Below are positions 1 through 9,004 of a stretch of 64,000 nt of DNA, in pieces. The position numbers and the translations under genes were made by a program. The first letter of the stretch is position 1, and every line of letters starts with the position of its first letter. The notes beneath the pieces were generated by a model that was not told the DNA's origin, ran no database searches, and saw only the letters and a program-made list of their open reading frames with translations. Source of the stretch: an uncultured Spirochaetota bacterium (GTDB lineage Bacteria; Spirochaetota; Spirochaetia; SZUA-6; Fen-1364); the NCBI GenBank assembly GCA_963820525.1, contig CAWGAA010000001.1:1632001-1696000 (forward strand), read 5' to 3'.

Positions 1-281
1 GCCCACGATCCACCGCCGCGGTTCGCGGCTGTCAGTTCGATTTCGACGGCTACTCTCTCGAGGTGACGGAGGGGGTGGTGGAGTTCATCAATCTCCTTCT
101 CCAGCGCCGCAATGTGGAACAAGGAGAAACCAGCGACACGGACGGCGTCTCCTTCCCAAGCTCCGGCGAGTCGGGCAATGAGAATGATTCGTTGATCACT
201 CCGCCGAGCGGGAGCGGGCTGTTGGGCGGCCAGGGCGGCGTCACCCCCGTGACGGGCACCTTCTCGGTCACGGTCAACTAA
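1..281 (+). CDS. FecR-domain protein, 3' part (start outside window)
   Basis: Frame from nt 3 is open and reads PRSTAAVRGCQFDFDGYSLEVTEGVVEF, resembling the FecR 'AAVRGTxF...VxEGxV' motif; stop TAA at 279-281. Confidence 0.6.
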   Translation, partial: PRSTAAVRGCQFDFDGYSLEVTEGVVEFINLLLQRRNVEQGETSDTDGVSFPSSGESGNENDSLITPPSGSGLLGGQGGVTPVTGTFSVTVN

Positions 282-292
282 GGAGGGAGAGA

Positions 293-1777
293 ATGAAAAC
301 GAGAATCCCGATAGTAATCCTCGCTGTGGCGGCCCTGTCCTTGATTGCCGCGGGCTGTTTCTGGCAGGCTCCCATGAAAGGAAGCTCGTTCTCCCTGACC
401 TTCGCTCCCAACTCCTTCGGAGCAAAACACATTGATGGTACTGCTGACGCCTTGAGAGTCTATGTCATGACTGGCGGGGCGCTCTACCCCTTCGGCCCTG
501 GCGCGCATCCCCTGTTTGACGAGGTGCCTTTCACAGCCAGCATGACGTATTCAAGTCCCGCAATACCCGCGGGCCTCACCTACTCCATCATGGTCGTGCT
601 GGGCAACACGCAGAGCGGCGTCTTCACTCCCGTCGACTACGGAAGCCAGGACAATGTCGTGATCACGGCCGGCGGCGACACGAGCGTTTCCCTGACCCTC
701 ACTCAGTCCAACTATACCCTGACCGCTCTCTGGGGCCAGAACGTGACGGGGGTGATCGGGATTGGAGGCACGGCGTACGCATCGACGGCGCAGGCGTGCT
801 ATTCTGCAGCGGGTGGCAACCTTAGCACTCTTGGGTCGTCCGCCACCGCGATTTCCGGCTTCCCCCCGGCGTATTCTGTCAACCATATCTCATCCGGGCA
901 GGAGTATGTCGGAACCTATCCCGGCGGCTATTATCAACCAGTACCATGGCTCGATACGGATAAGGGAATTCTCCCTTACAGCCTGAGCACGCCTGGTTTT
1001 GTTGAAGGTTTCACCAAAGATCCCAGCAACAAGAACGTCCTCGAATCGGTGAGCTTGAACGCACCCATTACGAGTTTTCTGGTTGCAGCATATCAGCGGG
1101 GAGCCGGTCTCGGGGGCGCCCTGGTGTTGCCCGACGGCACACCCCCGGAATGGATCGACATAGACCTCAGCCAGTTCCTGAAGGGAACGGCGATCTACGA
1201 TATCGCGGCCTATAACGGCTACATCTATATCGCCACCGCATTCGGGGCTTTCTCGATTCCCGCAACCGTCATTCAGCCCGGCGCAACCGCGGATGACGTG
1301 ATGAAAACCGCGGTGTTCTTCACGGCAGGCTCAGCCGAGACCGTCATCGAGTCGCTTGCCCTCGTTATCGACACCTCAGGAAACGGGGACCTGTTCATGG
1401 GCACGCCCGGAGGGATATATTCGGCAACGATCAATAGCGCGACGAACGCAATGGACACGCCGGTTCTACTCCCAGGCACCTCGGGAAAAGCCGCTGCAAC
1501 GAGCCTGCGGGCTATTCAGTACTACGATAACTCGATTTCCGCCTACATCACCGTCCTTGCCGCAGCAAGCGATTACGAAATCACTCTTTATTACATCGGC
1601 ACCGCGAATCTGCCTGTAACCCTGCCCTTCTATTCCGGTCTTCCCGCAGATCTTCCTGGCGAGATAAAGGATTTCGCCCTGTTTAACTATAGTAGTGGGA
1701 CTATCTACCTGCTTGTAGCAGGAAAGAAGGGACTCGTGATCTATCAAGCGGCGACATATACGCCGCTTCCGGCTTGA
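293..1777 (+). CDS. Hypothetical lipoprotein
   Basis: 494 aa; RBS AAGGAGGG; hydrophobic signal ending in lipobox-like IAAGC; beta-rich, T/S/G-rich body. Confidence 0.75.
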   Translation: MKTRIPIVILAVAALSLIAAGCFWQAPMKGSSFSLTFAPNSFGAKHIDGTADALRVYVMTGGALYPFGPGAHPLFDEVPFTASMTYSSPAIPAGLTYSIMVVLGNTQSGVFTPVDYGSQDNVVITAGGDTSVSLTLTQSNYTLTALWGQNVTGVIGIGGTAYASTAQACYSAAGGNLSTLGSSATAISGFPPAYSVNHISSGQEYVGTYPGGYYQPVPWLDTDKGILPYSLSTPGFVEGFTKDPSNKNVLESVSLNAPITSFLVAAYQRGAGLGGALVLPDGTPPEWIDIDLSQFLKGTAIYDIAAYNGYIYIATAFGAFSIPATVIQPGATADDVMKTAVFFTAGSAETVIESLALVIDTSGNGDLFMGTPGGIYSATINSATNAMDTPVLLPGTSGKAAATSLRAIQYYDNSISAYITVLAAASDYEITLYYIGTANLPVTLPFYSGLPADLPGEIKDFALFNYSSGTIYLLVAGKKGLVIYQAATYTPLPA

Positions 1778-1795
1778 CGGAATCTCAAACACTTG

Positions 1796-1831
1796 AAAAA
1801 AAGACCCCGCGCCGCACATGGGGGCTTTTTT
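1796..1831. terminator. Probable bidirectional intrinsic terminator
   Basis: A-run, ACCCC...GGGGC stem, T-run, between convergent genes. Confidence 0.6.
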
Positions 1832-1872
1832 CTGTCCGTTGTCCTAGGGCCGCCAGGCGCTCCCCGGCGATC

Positions 1873-2856
1873 TCAGAACTGGGCGCCCAGAGCCGCTTCA
1901 GCGGCGGGAACGTTGGTCGCGGGATTGTAGCTTCCGCCAAGGGTGAGAACGAAGGCCCCAAGCTTCACGGCAAATCCCCCCGAGATGAGGAATGAGAGGC
2001 CACCCGTTTCCCCATGCGATAGCGGGCTTATGGAGTTTGTCGTAGGAACGATCGTCACGCTCAGGTCGGAGAGGGAAGCATCATAGGATCCCCACTGGTA
2101 CCAGGAAGAAAAGGTCAGGTAGGGCACGAAAACCAGCAGCCGCTTGGAAACGGTGAGATCGATTCCCGCCGTGTGGAGGGTGGCTCCAAGGCTGATCTTG
2201 GATGCGCTGAAATCGAGCGTGATGGGGCTGAAGGTGAGCGCGCCGACCTTGGAGAGGTTGTAGCCGAGATTGAAGCTGGAGTAAACGTACCCGGCGCCAA
2301 CCGAAAGAGCGGGGAATGGGCCTGAATCCGCCAGCAGGACCTTGCGGATTCGAAGGCCGGCGTTGAAGAAATTGGCCGTTGCGCCGGTAAGGATGGCATC
2401 GCTAAGCGCCTGCGGCCAATACGCTATCTGCCCCAGGACCTCGAATCCATCAACAATGCCAAACCCGAAGGAAAGCCGCGCGTGAGGGTAGAGAAAGAAC
2501 GAGCGCGTGCTGTTGTAGAGATTGGTGACCGTGGAGCTGTTGATTCCGGAAAGCGCGTCGTTCACGATTCCGGGCATGTTCAGGACCTGATATGTCCCTT
2601 TATCTACTATGGTAGCGATGCCTGAGGTAAAGACCGCCCCCGTGTCCAGGGTGAAATACATGTGTGGAAAGTCTCCGAGCTGGGCATCGCCGATCCCCTG
2701 CCCCAAAAGGGCGTTCTGCTGAAGCTGGCCGAGCACGTCGGACCCCAGCCCGCCGAGGAAAGTGGAAAGGTCGTCTTGAACCTGCGACAGATTCTGTGCG
2801 CCCGCGGAAACCACCGCGAGAACGAGCACAATTCCCACTACCGCCACGCGTTTCAC
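1873..2856 (-). CDS. Secreted/outer-membrane beta-barrel-like protein (DUF6588-like)
   Basis: GTG at 2856 after AAAGGGGG; signal peptide VKRVAVVGIVLVLAVVSAGA; amphipathic strands; C-terminal Phe. Confidence 0.6.
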   Translation of the reverse strand: MKRVAVVGIVLVLAVVSAGAQNLSQVQDDLSTFLGGLGSDVLGQLQQNALLGQGIGDAQLGDFPHMYFTLDTGAVFTSGIATIVDKGTYQVLNMPGIVNDALSGINSSTVTNLYNSTRSFFLYPHARLSFGFGIVDGFEVLGQIAYWPQALSDAILTGATANFFNAGLRIRKVLLADSGPFPALSVGAGYVYSSFNLGYNLSKVGALTFSPITLDFSASKISLGATLHTAGIDLTVSKRLLVFVPYLTFSSWYQWGSYDASLSDLSVTIVPTTNSISPLSHGETGGLSFLISGGFAVKLGAFVLTLGGSYNPATNVPAAEAALGAQF

Positions 2857-3060
2857 GGCCGCTACCCCCTTTTTTCGATTCCATCGGGAGTTTACAGGCA
2901 CTCTCGCCCTCTGCGCAAGGTCCGTACCGCGAACTTGCGGCGCGGGGTCCCGGGACCATGGCCGCCGGTTTGTCGCCCCCTGCTGCGTCGCCCCGAGCCT
3001 TGACAAGGAAACAGGCGCCTGCATAGATAATGGGAATAGTGAAAAGCATGGAGGCTGCAG

Positions 3061-3561
3061 ATGAAAAGGTTTGCATTCGTTCTCGTGCTGTTCATCGCCT
3101 TATCTGAAAGCTCACCTTTCGCGCAAGGAATCGGTCCCACAGGGCCTTTCGAGGCCGAGACGCCTTTTTTCAGCTTCATTTCCATCGGCGTCGGATTGCC
3201 CGCAGTCAGCATCAACCTGGAAGATGGCGCCATCGGTTTTTTCGATTCCATCAGCCCGCTCACTCTGACGATCTCGCCGGAAAGATTTCAAGGGGCATTA
3301 CTGGCAAGCAGGGTGACGATCGACGGCAAGCCGGTTGAAACATGGATCCGGCTCTCCTACTGGAGCGTCGCATTCGGCCTTCAGGTTTCAAAACCTCAAG
3401 ACAGCTCGGAAGTGCGATTCGGCGCCACGCTCATTCCGTACCTGTTCAGGATAGGACCCCTCTCGATGGGCATCGGGGTGCTCTGGTCCGCAACGTCTCA
3501 TTTTTCGATGGAGTTGAAGACGTGGAACATTATCCTGCCATTGACTTACACCGTGGGATGA
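3061..3561 (+). CDS. Hypothetical secreted protein
   Basis: 166 aa; GGAGG RBS; signal peptide MKRFAFVLVLFIAL. Confidence 0.65.
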   Translation: MKRFAFVLVLFIALSESSPFAQGIGPTGPFEAETPFFSFISIGVGLPAVSINLEDGAIGFFDSISPLTLTISPERFQGALLASRVTIDGKPVETWIRLSYWSVAFGLQVSKPQDSSEVRFGATLIPYLFRIGPLSMGIGVLWSATSHFSMELKTWNIILPLTYTVG

Positions 3562-3666
3562 CAACGGGCTCCCGCCGCACCGTGCGGGCATCCCGCTGCG
3601 GCCTCCTCAGTTGTACAGCAAGCCCGGCGATGCTATGCTCCACAGGCTTGAGAGAGGAGGTCGAGC

Positions 3667-5001
3667 CTGCGCGCCGTCTTTCGGGTTCTCGCGGTTGTCC
3701 TTCTCACCGGCTCCGGCATCCGGAGCTTCTGCCAGAGCTCTTTTTCCGATGCTCTTGCCGCACAGGGACGGCTCGGAATAAGTCCTGCCGCGGCGCGTGA
3801 CATCGAGGGAAAGCTCGGCCAGCTTCTCATCGTGAACGTGGACGGCTTCGACTATAAAGGCCCCCTGGCCGTTCACCCCGAGTTTATCGCAATGGTCGAG
3901 CGGCTCCAGGTGGGGGGCGTGATCCCGCATTACGGCAGCACTGATCCGCGGAAGATCCAAGGAACCAACCGCGCCCTGGCAGGCCTGACCAGGCTTCCGC
4001 TTCTGGTCTGCTCCGACATCCTGAAGCTGAAGGGGCCGGCCTCGGGGGGCGCGGGAACCGGGACGGCGAGCTTCGGAGACGGCTACGTGGGCGGATTCAT
4101 CGGAAGGTACAGGGGGCTGCCGGAAGAGAGCTTCCGAGCCTTATGCGAGCTCAACGCCTTCACCTTCGCCGCGCTGGGCGTCAACACGGCCCTCGGCCCC
4201 ACCGTGGACAACAGCACGGCGGATCCGCGAACGGCGGCGCGGGCGCGGATAATCATCGATGCCCTTCGCAGGTTCGGCATCGAGCCGGTCCTCAAGCACT
4301 ATCCGTTCCTTCCGTTGGACAGAAACCTCCACAGAGAATCGCCGGACACGGCTCTCCCGCCGGAGGAGGCGGCGAGGCGCTCCGGAGTGTTCCACGAGCT
4401 CGCGGGAGAATCGGGCATCCTCATGACGACCCACCTCTTCGACTCGCTCGTGGATGGGAAAAGCATCGTCACGTTCTCCACCGCATGGCACAAGCGCCTG
4501 CTCGTGGAGACGGGGTTCTCCGGCCTTGTGATGAGCGACGGCCTCTTGATGCTTCGAAACTACGCGGACAGGCGCGTTCTCGGGGATGAGCAGGCGCGCG
4601 GGTCATCGCGCGCAGGGGCCCTCGGCGGACCGGGCAACTGCCTCGCGGACAAGGCGGCCGACTGGGCATTGCGCGCCATCCTCGCGGGTCACGACATGGT
4701 CATCGTGGAGGGCAGCGCCGCCATCACCTATGGCGTATTCACGGGGCTGCTCTCAGCCGCGTGCGCAGGCACGGATACCGGCGCGCATCTGCGCAGGCGT
4801 ATCGAGGAATCGTATCGTAGAATCGAGCGGTTCAAAGACGCGCGAAGGGAAGAGCTCTCGCGCCACATCGAAGTGCCTATCCAGGATATCCGCGCCGCGG
4901 TTTCCCTGGTTTCGGGAAGCGCCGAGCCGTCCAGCTTCCGGATCGACCCCGAAGCGCTGTCGGCGCTCCAGCCGGTCTTCCAGCGAACGGCTGTGAGGTA
5001 G
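3667..5001 (+). CDS. Glycoside hydrolase family 3 N-terminal-domain protein (divergent NagZ-like)
   Basis: GKLGQLLIV, ALGVNTALGPTVD, LKHYP, GFSGLVMSDGL, AILAGHDM motifs; frame open upstream of 3832 to a CTG at 3667 preceded by GAGGAGG and followed by a signal-like segment. Confidence 0.7.
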   Translation: MRAVFRVLAVVLLTGSGIRSFCQSSFSDALAAQGRLGISPAAARDIEGKLGQLLIVNVDGFDYKGPLAVHPEFIAMVERLQVGGVIPHYGSTDPRKIQGTNRALAGLTRLPLLVCSDILKLKGPASGGAGTGTASFGDGYVGGFIGRYRGLPEESFRALCELNAFTFAALGVNTALGPTVDNSTADPRTAARARIIIDALRRFGIEPVLKHYPFLPLDRNLHRESPDTALPPEEAARRSGVFHELAGESGILMTTHLFDSLVDGKSIVTFSTAWHKRLLVETGFSGLVMSDGLLMLRNYADRRVLGDEQARGSSRAGALGGPGNCLADKAADWALRAILAGHDMVIVEGSAAITYGVFTGLLSAACAGTDTGAHLRRRIEESYRRIERFKDARREELSRHIEVPIQDIRAAVSLVSGSAEPSSFRIDPEALSALQPVFQRTAVR

Positions 5002-5052
5002 AACCGAGGTATTGTCCCGCCGGAAGAACCGGTGGTAGAATCCTGATTCCTT

Positions 5053-5757
5053 ATGCTTTCCGTCTCACCCTGGACCATTCTCTCCGTCTCTTTCCTCATG
5101 GCGCTCTCCGGCGCGCTCATGCCGGGTCCCCTCCTCACCTACACCATCGCGCGCACCGTGCAGACCCGCAGGAACGGATTCCTCGTGGGTCCGCTGGTGA
5201 TCGCGGGACATGGGGCCCTGGAGATGCTCATCCTCTGCGGACTCGTTCTCGGAGTGACGGGGTTCCTCAAGGAACCCACCGTCATCAAGGTGATCGGCGT
5301 TCTGGGCGCCCTGCTGCTCGCCTACATGGGCATCGGGCTCATCCGCGAAGCGGTCCGAAAAAGGGCTCCGGCCGCGGCCGCCGTCTCAGAAGCGGCGCCG
5401 CTCGATGTGAATCGACAGGGGCCGGATTCTTCACGCACTCTCGTGAGCCGGATGAGCCCGGTCCTGGCGGGGATACTTCTTTCTCTGAGCAACCCCTACT
5501 GGTGGGTGTGGTGGGTCACGGCCGGGTCCGCAACTCTGATCCGTTTCAACGTTTCCATTTCGGCATGGCAGGGGCTGCTCGTATTTTTCATCGGGCACGA
5601 GGCGGGAGACCTGGCCTGGTATTTCACCGTCTCCACCCTCACCCATTTCGGAAAGAGAAGCTTCTCGCCCGGGATCTATTCCGGAATCCTCGCCGTGTGC
5701 GGAGTGGCGATCATGGCGTTCGGAGCATATCTCGGCATTTCGCCGTTCGTGAGGTGA
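5053..5757 (+). CDS. LysE-family translocator
   Basis: SGALMPGPL, GHGALE, LSLSNPYWWVWW motifs; multiple TM helices. Confidence 0.85.
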   Translation: MLSVSPWTILSVSFLMALSGALMPGPLLTYTIARTVQTRRNGFLVGPLVIAGHGALEMLILCGLVLGVTGFLKEPTVIKVIGVLGALLLAYMGIGLIREAVRKRAPAAAAVSEAAPLDVNRQGPDSSRTLVSRMSPVLAGILLSLSNPYWWVWWVTAGSATLIRFNVSISAWQGLLVFFIGHEAGDLAWYFTVSTLTHFGKRSFSPGIYSGILAVCGVAIMAFGAYLGISPFVR

Positions 5758-5759
5758 GC

Positions 5760-7490
5760 ATGCCTATTGGATTCATCCAGATCTACAATCCATTGGGAAA
5801 CAGCGCGCTCTCCGCTCTCGTTGCCGCGGCGCCGCTTCTTGCGCTGTTCGTCCTTCTGGCCACCGGCCGCGCCCCCGGTTGGGCCGCCGCCCTCGTCTCG
5901 ACGATCGCCGCCCTCGTGCTCGCCGTCTCCGCGTGGAGAATGCCGCCCGCAGCGGCCATATCCGCGGCCGCGTACGGCATCGCTTTCGCGGTCTTCCCCA
6001 TCCTGTGGATAGTCGTGGCGGCGCTCTGGGTCTTTTCCCTGAGCGTGGAGTCTGGCCAATTCTCGATCATCAGGGCCACCCTCGCGGGCATGACCTCGGA
6101 CCGTCGGCTCCAGGCGCTGTTCATCGCGTTCGCCTTCGGGGCCTTCCTCGAGGGCACCGCCGGATTCGGGACTCCCGTTGCCATCACCGCCGCAATGCTC
6201 GTCGGCCTGGGCTTCGATGCGCGCTACGCGGCCGCCATCTGCCTGATCGCCAACAGCGCTCCCGTCGCGTTCGCCGCCGCGGGGGTTCCCGTGGCAGTCG
6301 CGGCCCAGGTCAGCGGGCTGGACGTCCTTGCGATAAGCAGGGTCCTCGGCAGGCAGGTACCGCTGCTCTCCCTTGTCGTGCCGTTGTGGCTCTCCGTGAT
6401 CCTCTGCGGATGGAGGAGAAGCCTCGAAGTGCTTCCGGCCATCCTCGTGGCCGGCCTCGCAATGGCGGCTACGCAGTTCGTTCTCGCCAGCTTCAGCGGG
6501 CCTTTCCTGACGGGGGTGGCCTCCGGGCTCGTCACCACGGCGGCGCTCGCGCTCTTCCTCCTGATCTGGAAGCCGAAGAGGATCTGGGACTTTGGGGCCG
6601 GGAGCACGCGGGGCGGCGCGCAGAGGGCGAGCGGAAGCGGCGAGCCGGCACACCGGGGCGCTGCGCCGGCCGCGGGCAGCCGCGGCACGGCAGAAGACGG
6701 CAGGACACATCCTGCCGCGGGCAGCCCCGAACCGGCCGGATTGCCGCGCACGATCCGGGCGTGGTCGCCCTTCCTGCTCATGTCTCTCCTCATCCTGGCG
6801 TGGGGCACCGGCCCCGTGAAACACCTCCTGGATCCCCTGGGATGGCAGATCCCGTGGCCGGGCCTGCACAACGCCATGGTGAAAGCGCCTCCGATCGCCT
6901 CCTCCCCGACGGCGTATCCGGCGGTCTTCGGCCTGGCGCTTGCATCGTCTCCGGGAACCGCCATCTTCCTGGCGGGGATCGTCTCGGCATTCCTTCTCCC
7001 CGGCCTGGGCGCAAGAAAGGCCCTGCGGTGCCTGGCGGGAACGCTTTGGAGCCTGCGCTCGACAATTGCCACCGTCTGCCTGGTCCTGGCCACCGCGTAC
7101 ATCATGAACTACGCCGGCATGAGCTCGTCCCTCGGCCTGGCCGTCACGGCCACGGGGATCCTCTTCCCCCTTTTCTCGCCCCTGCTGGGATGGTTCGGAG
7201 TGCTCCTGACGGGATCCGACACATCGTCGAACGCCTTGTTCTGCGGTCTTCAGAGAACCGCGGCGGAACAGCTTGGCCTGAACCCCTCCCTCACGGTGGC
7301 GGCGAACGCGGCCGGCGGGGTGACGGCCAAGATGATCTCGCCCCAGAGCATCGCGGTGGCCACCGCATCGGCGAGGCTCGGGGGACAGGAGGGCTGGCTC
7401 TTCCGGTTCACCGTCTGGCACAGCGTGGCGATGGCGCTGATCGTCTCCCTGATAACCCTTGCCCTGGCATACCTTTCACCCGGGCTTTGA
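5760..7490 (+). CDS. lctP: L-lactate permease (LctP/LutP family)
   Basis: DRRLQALFIAFAFGAFLEGTAGFGTPVAI, LTGSDTSSNALF, KMISPQSIAVA. Confidence 0.9.
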   Translation: MPIGFIQIYNPLGNSALSALVAAAPLLALFVLLATGRAPGWAAALVSTIAALVLAVSAWRMPPAAAISAAAYGIAFAVFPILWIVVAALWVFSLSVESGQFSIIRATLAGMTSDRRLQALFIAFAFGAFLEGTAGFGTPVAITAAMLVGLGFDARYAAAICLIANSAPVAFAAAGVPVAVAAQVSGLDVLAISRVLGRQVPLLSLVVPLWLSVILCGWRRSLEVLPAILVAGLAMAATQFVLASFSGPFLTGVASGLVTTAALALFLLIWKPKRIWDFGAGSTRGGAQRASGSGEPAHRGAAPAAGSRGTAEDGRTHPAAGSPEPAGLPRTIRAWSPFLLMSLLILAWGTGPVKHLLDPLGWQIPWPGLHNAMVKAPPIASSPTAYPAVFGLALASSPGTAIFLAGIVSAFLLPGLGARKALRCLAGTLWSLRSTIATVCLVLATAYIMNYAGMSSSLGLAVTATGILFPLFSPLLGWFGVLLTGSDTSSNALFCGLQRTAAEQLGLNPSLTVAANAAGGVTAKMISPQSIAVATASARLGGQEGWLFRFTVWHSVAMALIVSLITLALAYLSPGL

Positions 7491-7496
7491 GTTTGC

Positions 7497-7525
7497 TTGA
7501 CTTTTCGGAAATCCGGATTTACCGT
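7497..7525 (+). promoter_or_regulatory. Possible sigma70 promoter for the isomerase/ribulokinase genes
   Basis: TTGACT-17 nt-TACCGT upstream of the AAGGAG RBS. Confidence 0.35.
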
Positions 7526-7561
7526 AGTGGAAAAAGCAATCGATCTCCGAAGGAGACATCA

Positions 7562-8989
7562 ATGACGACCCTCGGCGTCCTTGTGGGAAACCGCGGTTTC
7601 TTTCCCGCCGAGCTTTGCGAGCGCGGCCGAAAAACCATTCTCTCCGTCCTTGCTGAGGAAGAGCTTCAGGCCGTTTGCCTGGGCACGAAGGACACGCACT
7701 ATGGCTCCGTGGAGACCTGGGAAGACACGAAAAAGTGCGCGCAACTGTTCGCCTCGCACCGCGACGCGATAGACGGGATACTGGTGACGCTGCCCAACTT
7801 CGGTGATGAACGGGCGGTTGCGGACGCCATCCGGCTGTCCGGCCTCCAGGTTCCCGTTCTCGTGCACGCCTTCCCCGACGAGCCGGGGAGGATGAACATC
7901 GAGAAGCGGAGGGACAGCTTCTGCGGCAAGATGTCGGCCTGCAATGTCCTCTCCCAGTACGGCATCCCCTTCACCCTCACGTCGTTTCACGTCATGGACC
8001 CCGAGTCGGAGGCCTTCCACGCCGATCTCCGCGATTTCGGCGGGGTCTGCAGGATCGTCAAGGGAGTGAGAAAGGCCCGCTTCGGGCAGATCGGCGCGCG
8101 GCCCGCCGCATTCGCCACGGTGCGCTACAGCGAGAAGCTCCTGGAGCGCATCGGCGTCAGCGTGGAGAGCATCGACCTCTCGGAGATTTTCGGCCGCGCA
8201 TGGAATCTCAAGGACAAGGATTCGGCCGTGGTCTCCAAGCTCGACGAGATCCGGGGCTACGTGAAAACGACGAAGATCCCCAAGGACTCGCTCTCCAAAA
8301 TGGCGAAGCTCGCCGTGGTGCTGGAGCAGACCATCGCGGAGCGCGAGCTTGCCGGCACGGCCATCCAGTGCTGGACCTCGATGGAGGAGAACTTCGGCGT
8401 CGTGCCCTGCACCGTCATGAGCATGCTCTCCAATGCGCTGTCGCCCAGCGCCTGCGAGGCCGACGTCATGGGGCTGTTAGGCATGCACGCAATGATGCTC
8501 GCCTCGGGAAAGCCGAGCGCGCTCGTGGACTGGAACAACAACTACGCCGAAGACACGGACAAGGGCGTCATCTTCCACTGCAGCAACATCCCCCAGGACC
8601 TGCTGGGCAAGAAGGGTACCATGGACTACCAGGAGATCCTCGCGGGAACGGTGGGAAAGGAACGGACCTACGGCGCCATCACGGGCCGCATCCGGCCCAC
8701 CGAGATAACCTACTGCCGCCCATCCACCAACGACGAGGCGGGGGCGGTCCGCTGCTACGTGGGGGAAGGGGAGATCACCAAGGACCCCATGACGACCTTC
8801 GGCGGCTTCGGGGTCGTGAAAGTTCCCCGCTTCCAGGCCCTGCTGAAGCACATCTGCAGGAACGGCTTCGAGCACCACGTCGCAATCAACCCCTCGCGCA
8901 TAGCGGCGGTCCTGGAAGAGGCTTTCTCGCGCTACCTGGGATGGGACGTGTACAATCACGATCGGGATGCGACCGGCGCGTCCGGCTGA
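7562..8989 (+). CDS. L-fucose/L-arabinose isomerase family protein
   Basis: LPNFGDE, RRDSFCGKMS, SACEADV, FHCSN, NGFEHHVA; directly upstream of ribulokinase. Confidence 0.88.
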   Translation: MTTLGVLVGNRGFFPAELCERGRKTILSVLAEEELQAVCLGTKDTHYGSVETWEDTKKCAQLFASHRDAIDGILVTLPNFGDERAVADAIRLSGLQVPVLVHAFPDEPGRMNIEKRRDSFCGKMSACNVLSQYGIPFTLTSFHVMDPESEAFHADLRDFGGVCRIVKGVRKARFGQIGARPAAFATVRYSEKLLERIGVSVESIDLSEIFGRAWNLKDKDSAVVSKLDEIRGYVKTTKIPKDSLSKMAKLAVVLEQTIAERELAGTAIQCWTSMEENFGVVPCTVMSMLSNALSPSACEADVMGLLGMHAMMLASGKPSALVDWNNNYAEDTDKGVIFHCSNIPQDLLGKKGTMDYQEILAGTVGKERTYGAITGRIRPTEITYCRPSTNDEAGAVRCYVGEGEITKDPMTTFGGFGVVKVPRFQALLKHICRNGFEHHVAINPSRIAAVLEEAFSRYLGWDVYNHDRDATGASG

Positions 8990-9004
8990 GGAGGAGAGAA
9001 GCGC

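Noticed and set aside
6590..6745. Gly/Ala/Pro-rich insert in the lactate permease
   Set aside because: In-frame low-complexity loop at a variable position; no repeat or element ends
5502..8989. Very long ORF calls 5502-7490 and 5879-8989 (1036 aa)
   Set aside because: Upstream extensions are off-frame read-through of neighbouring genes in GC-rich DNA; real starts are 5760 and 7562
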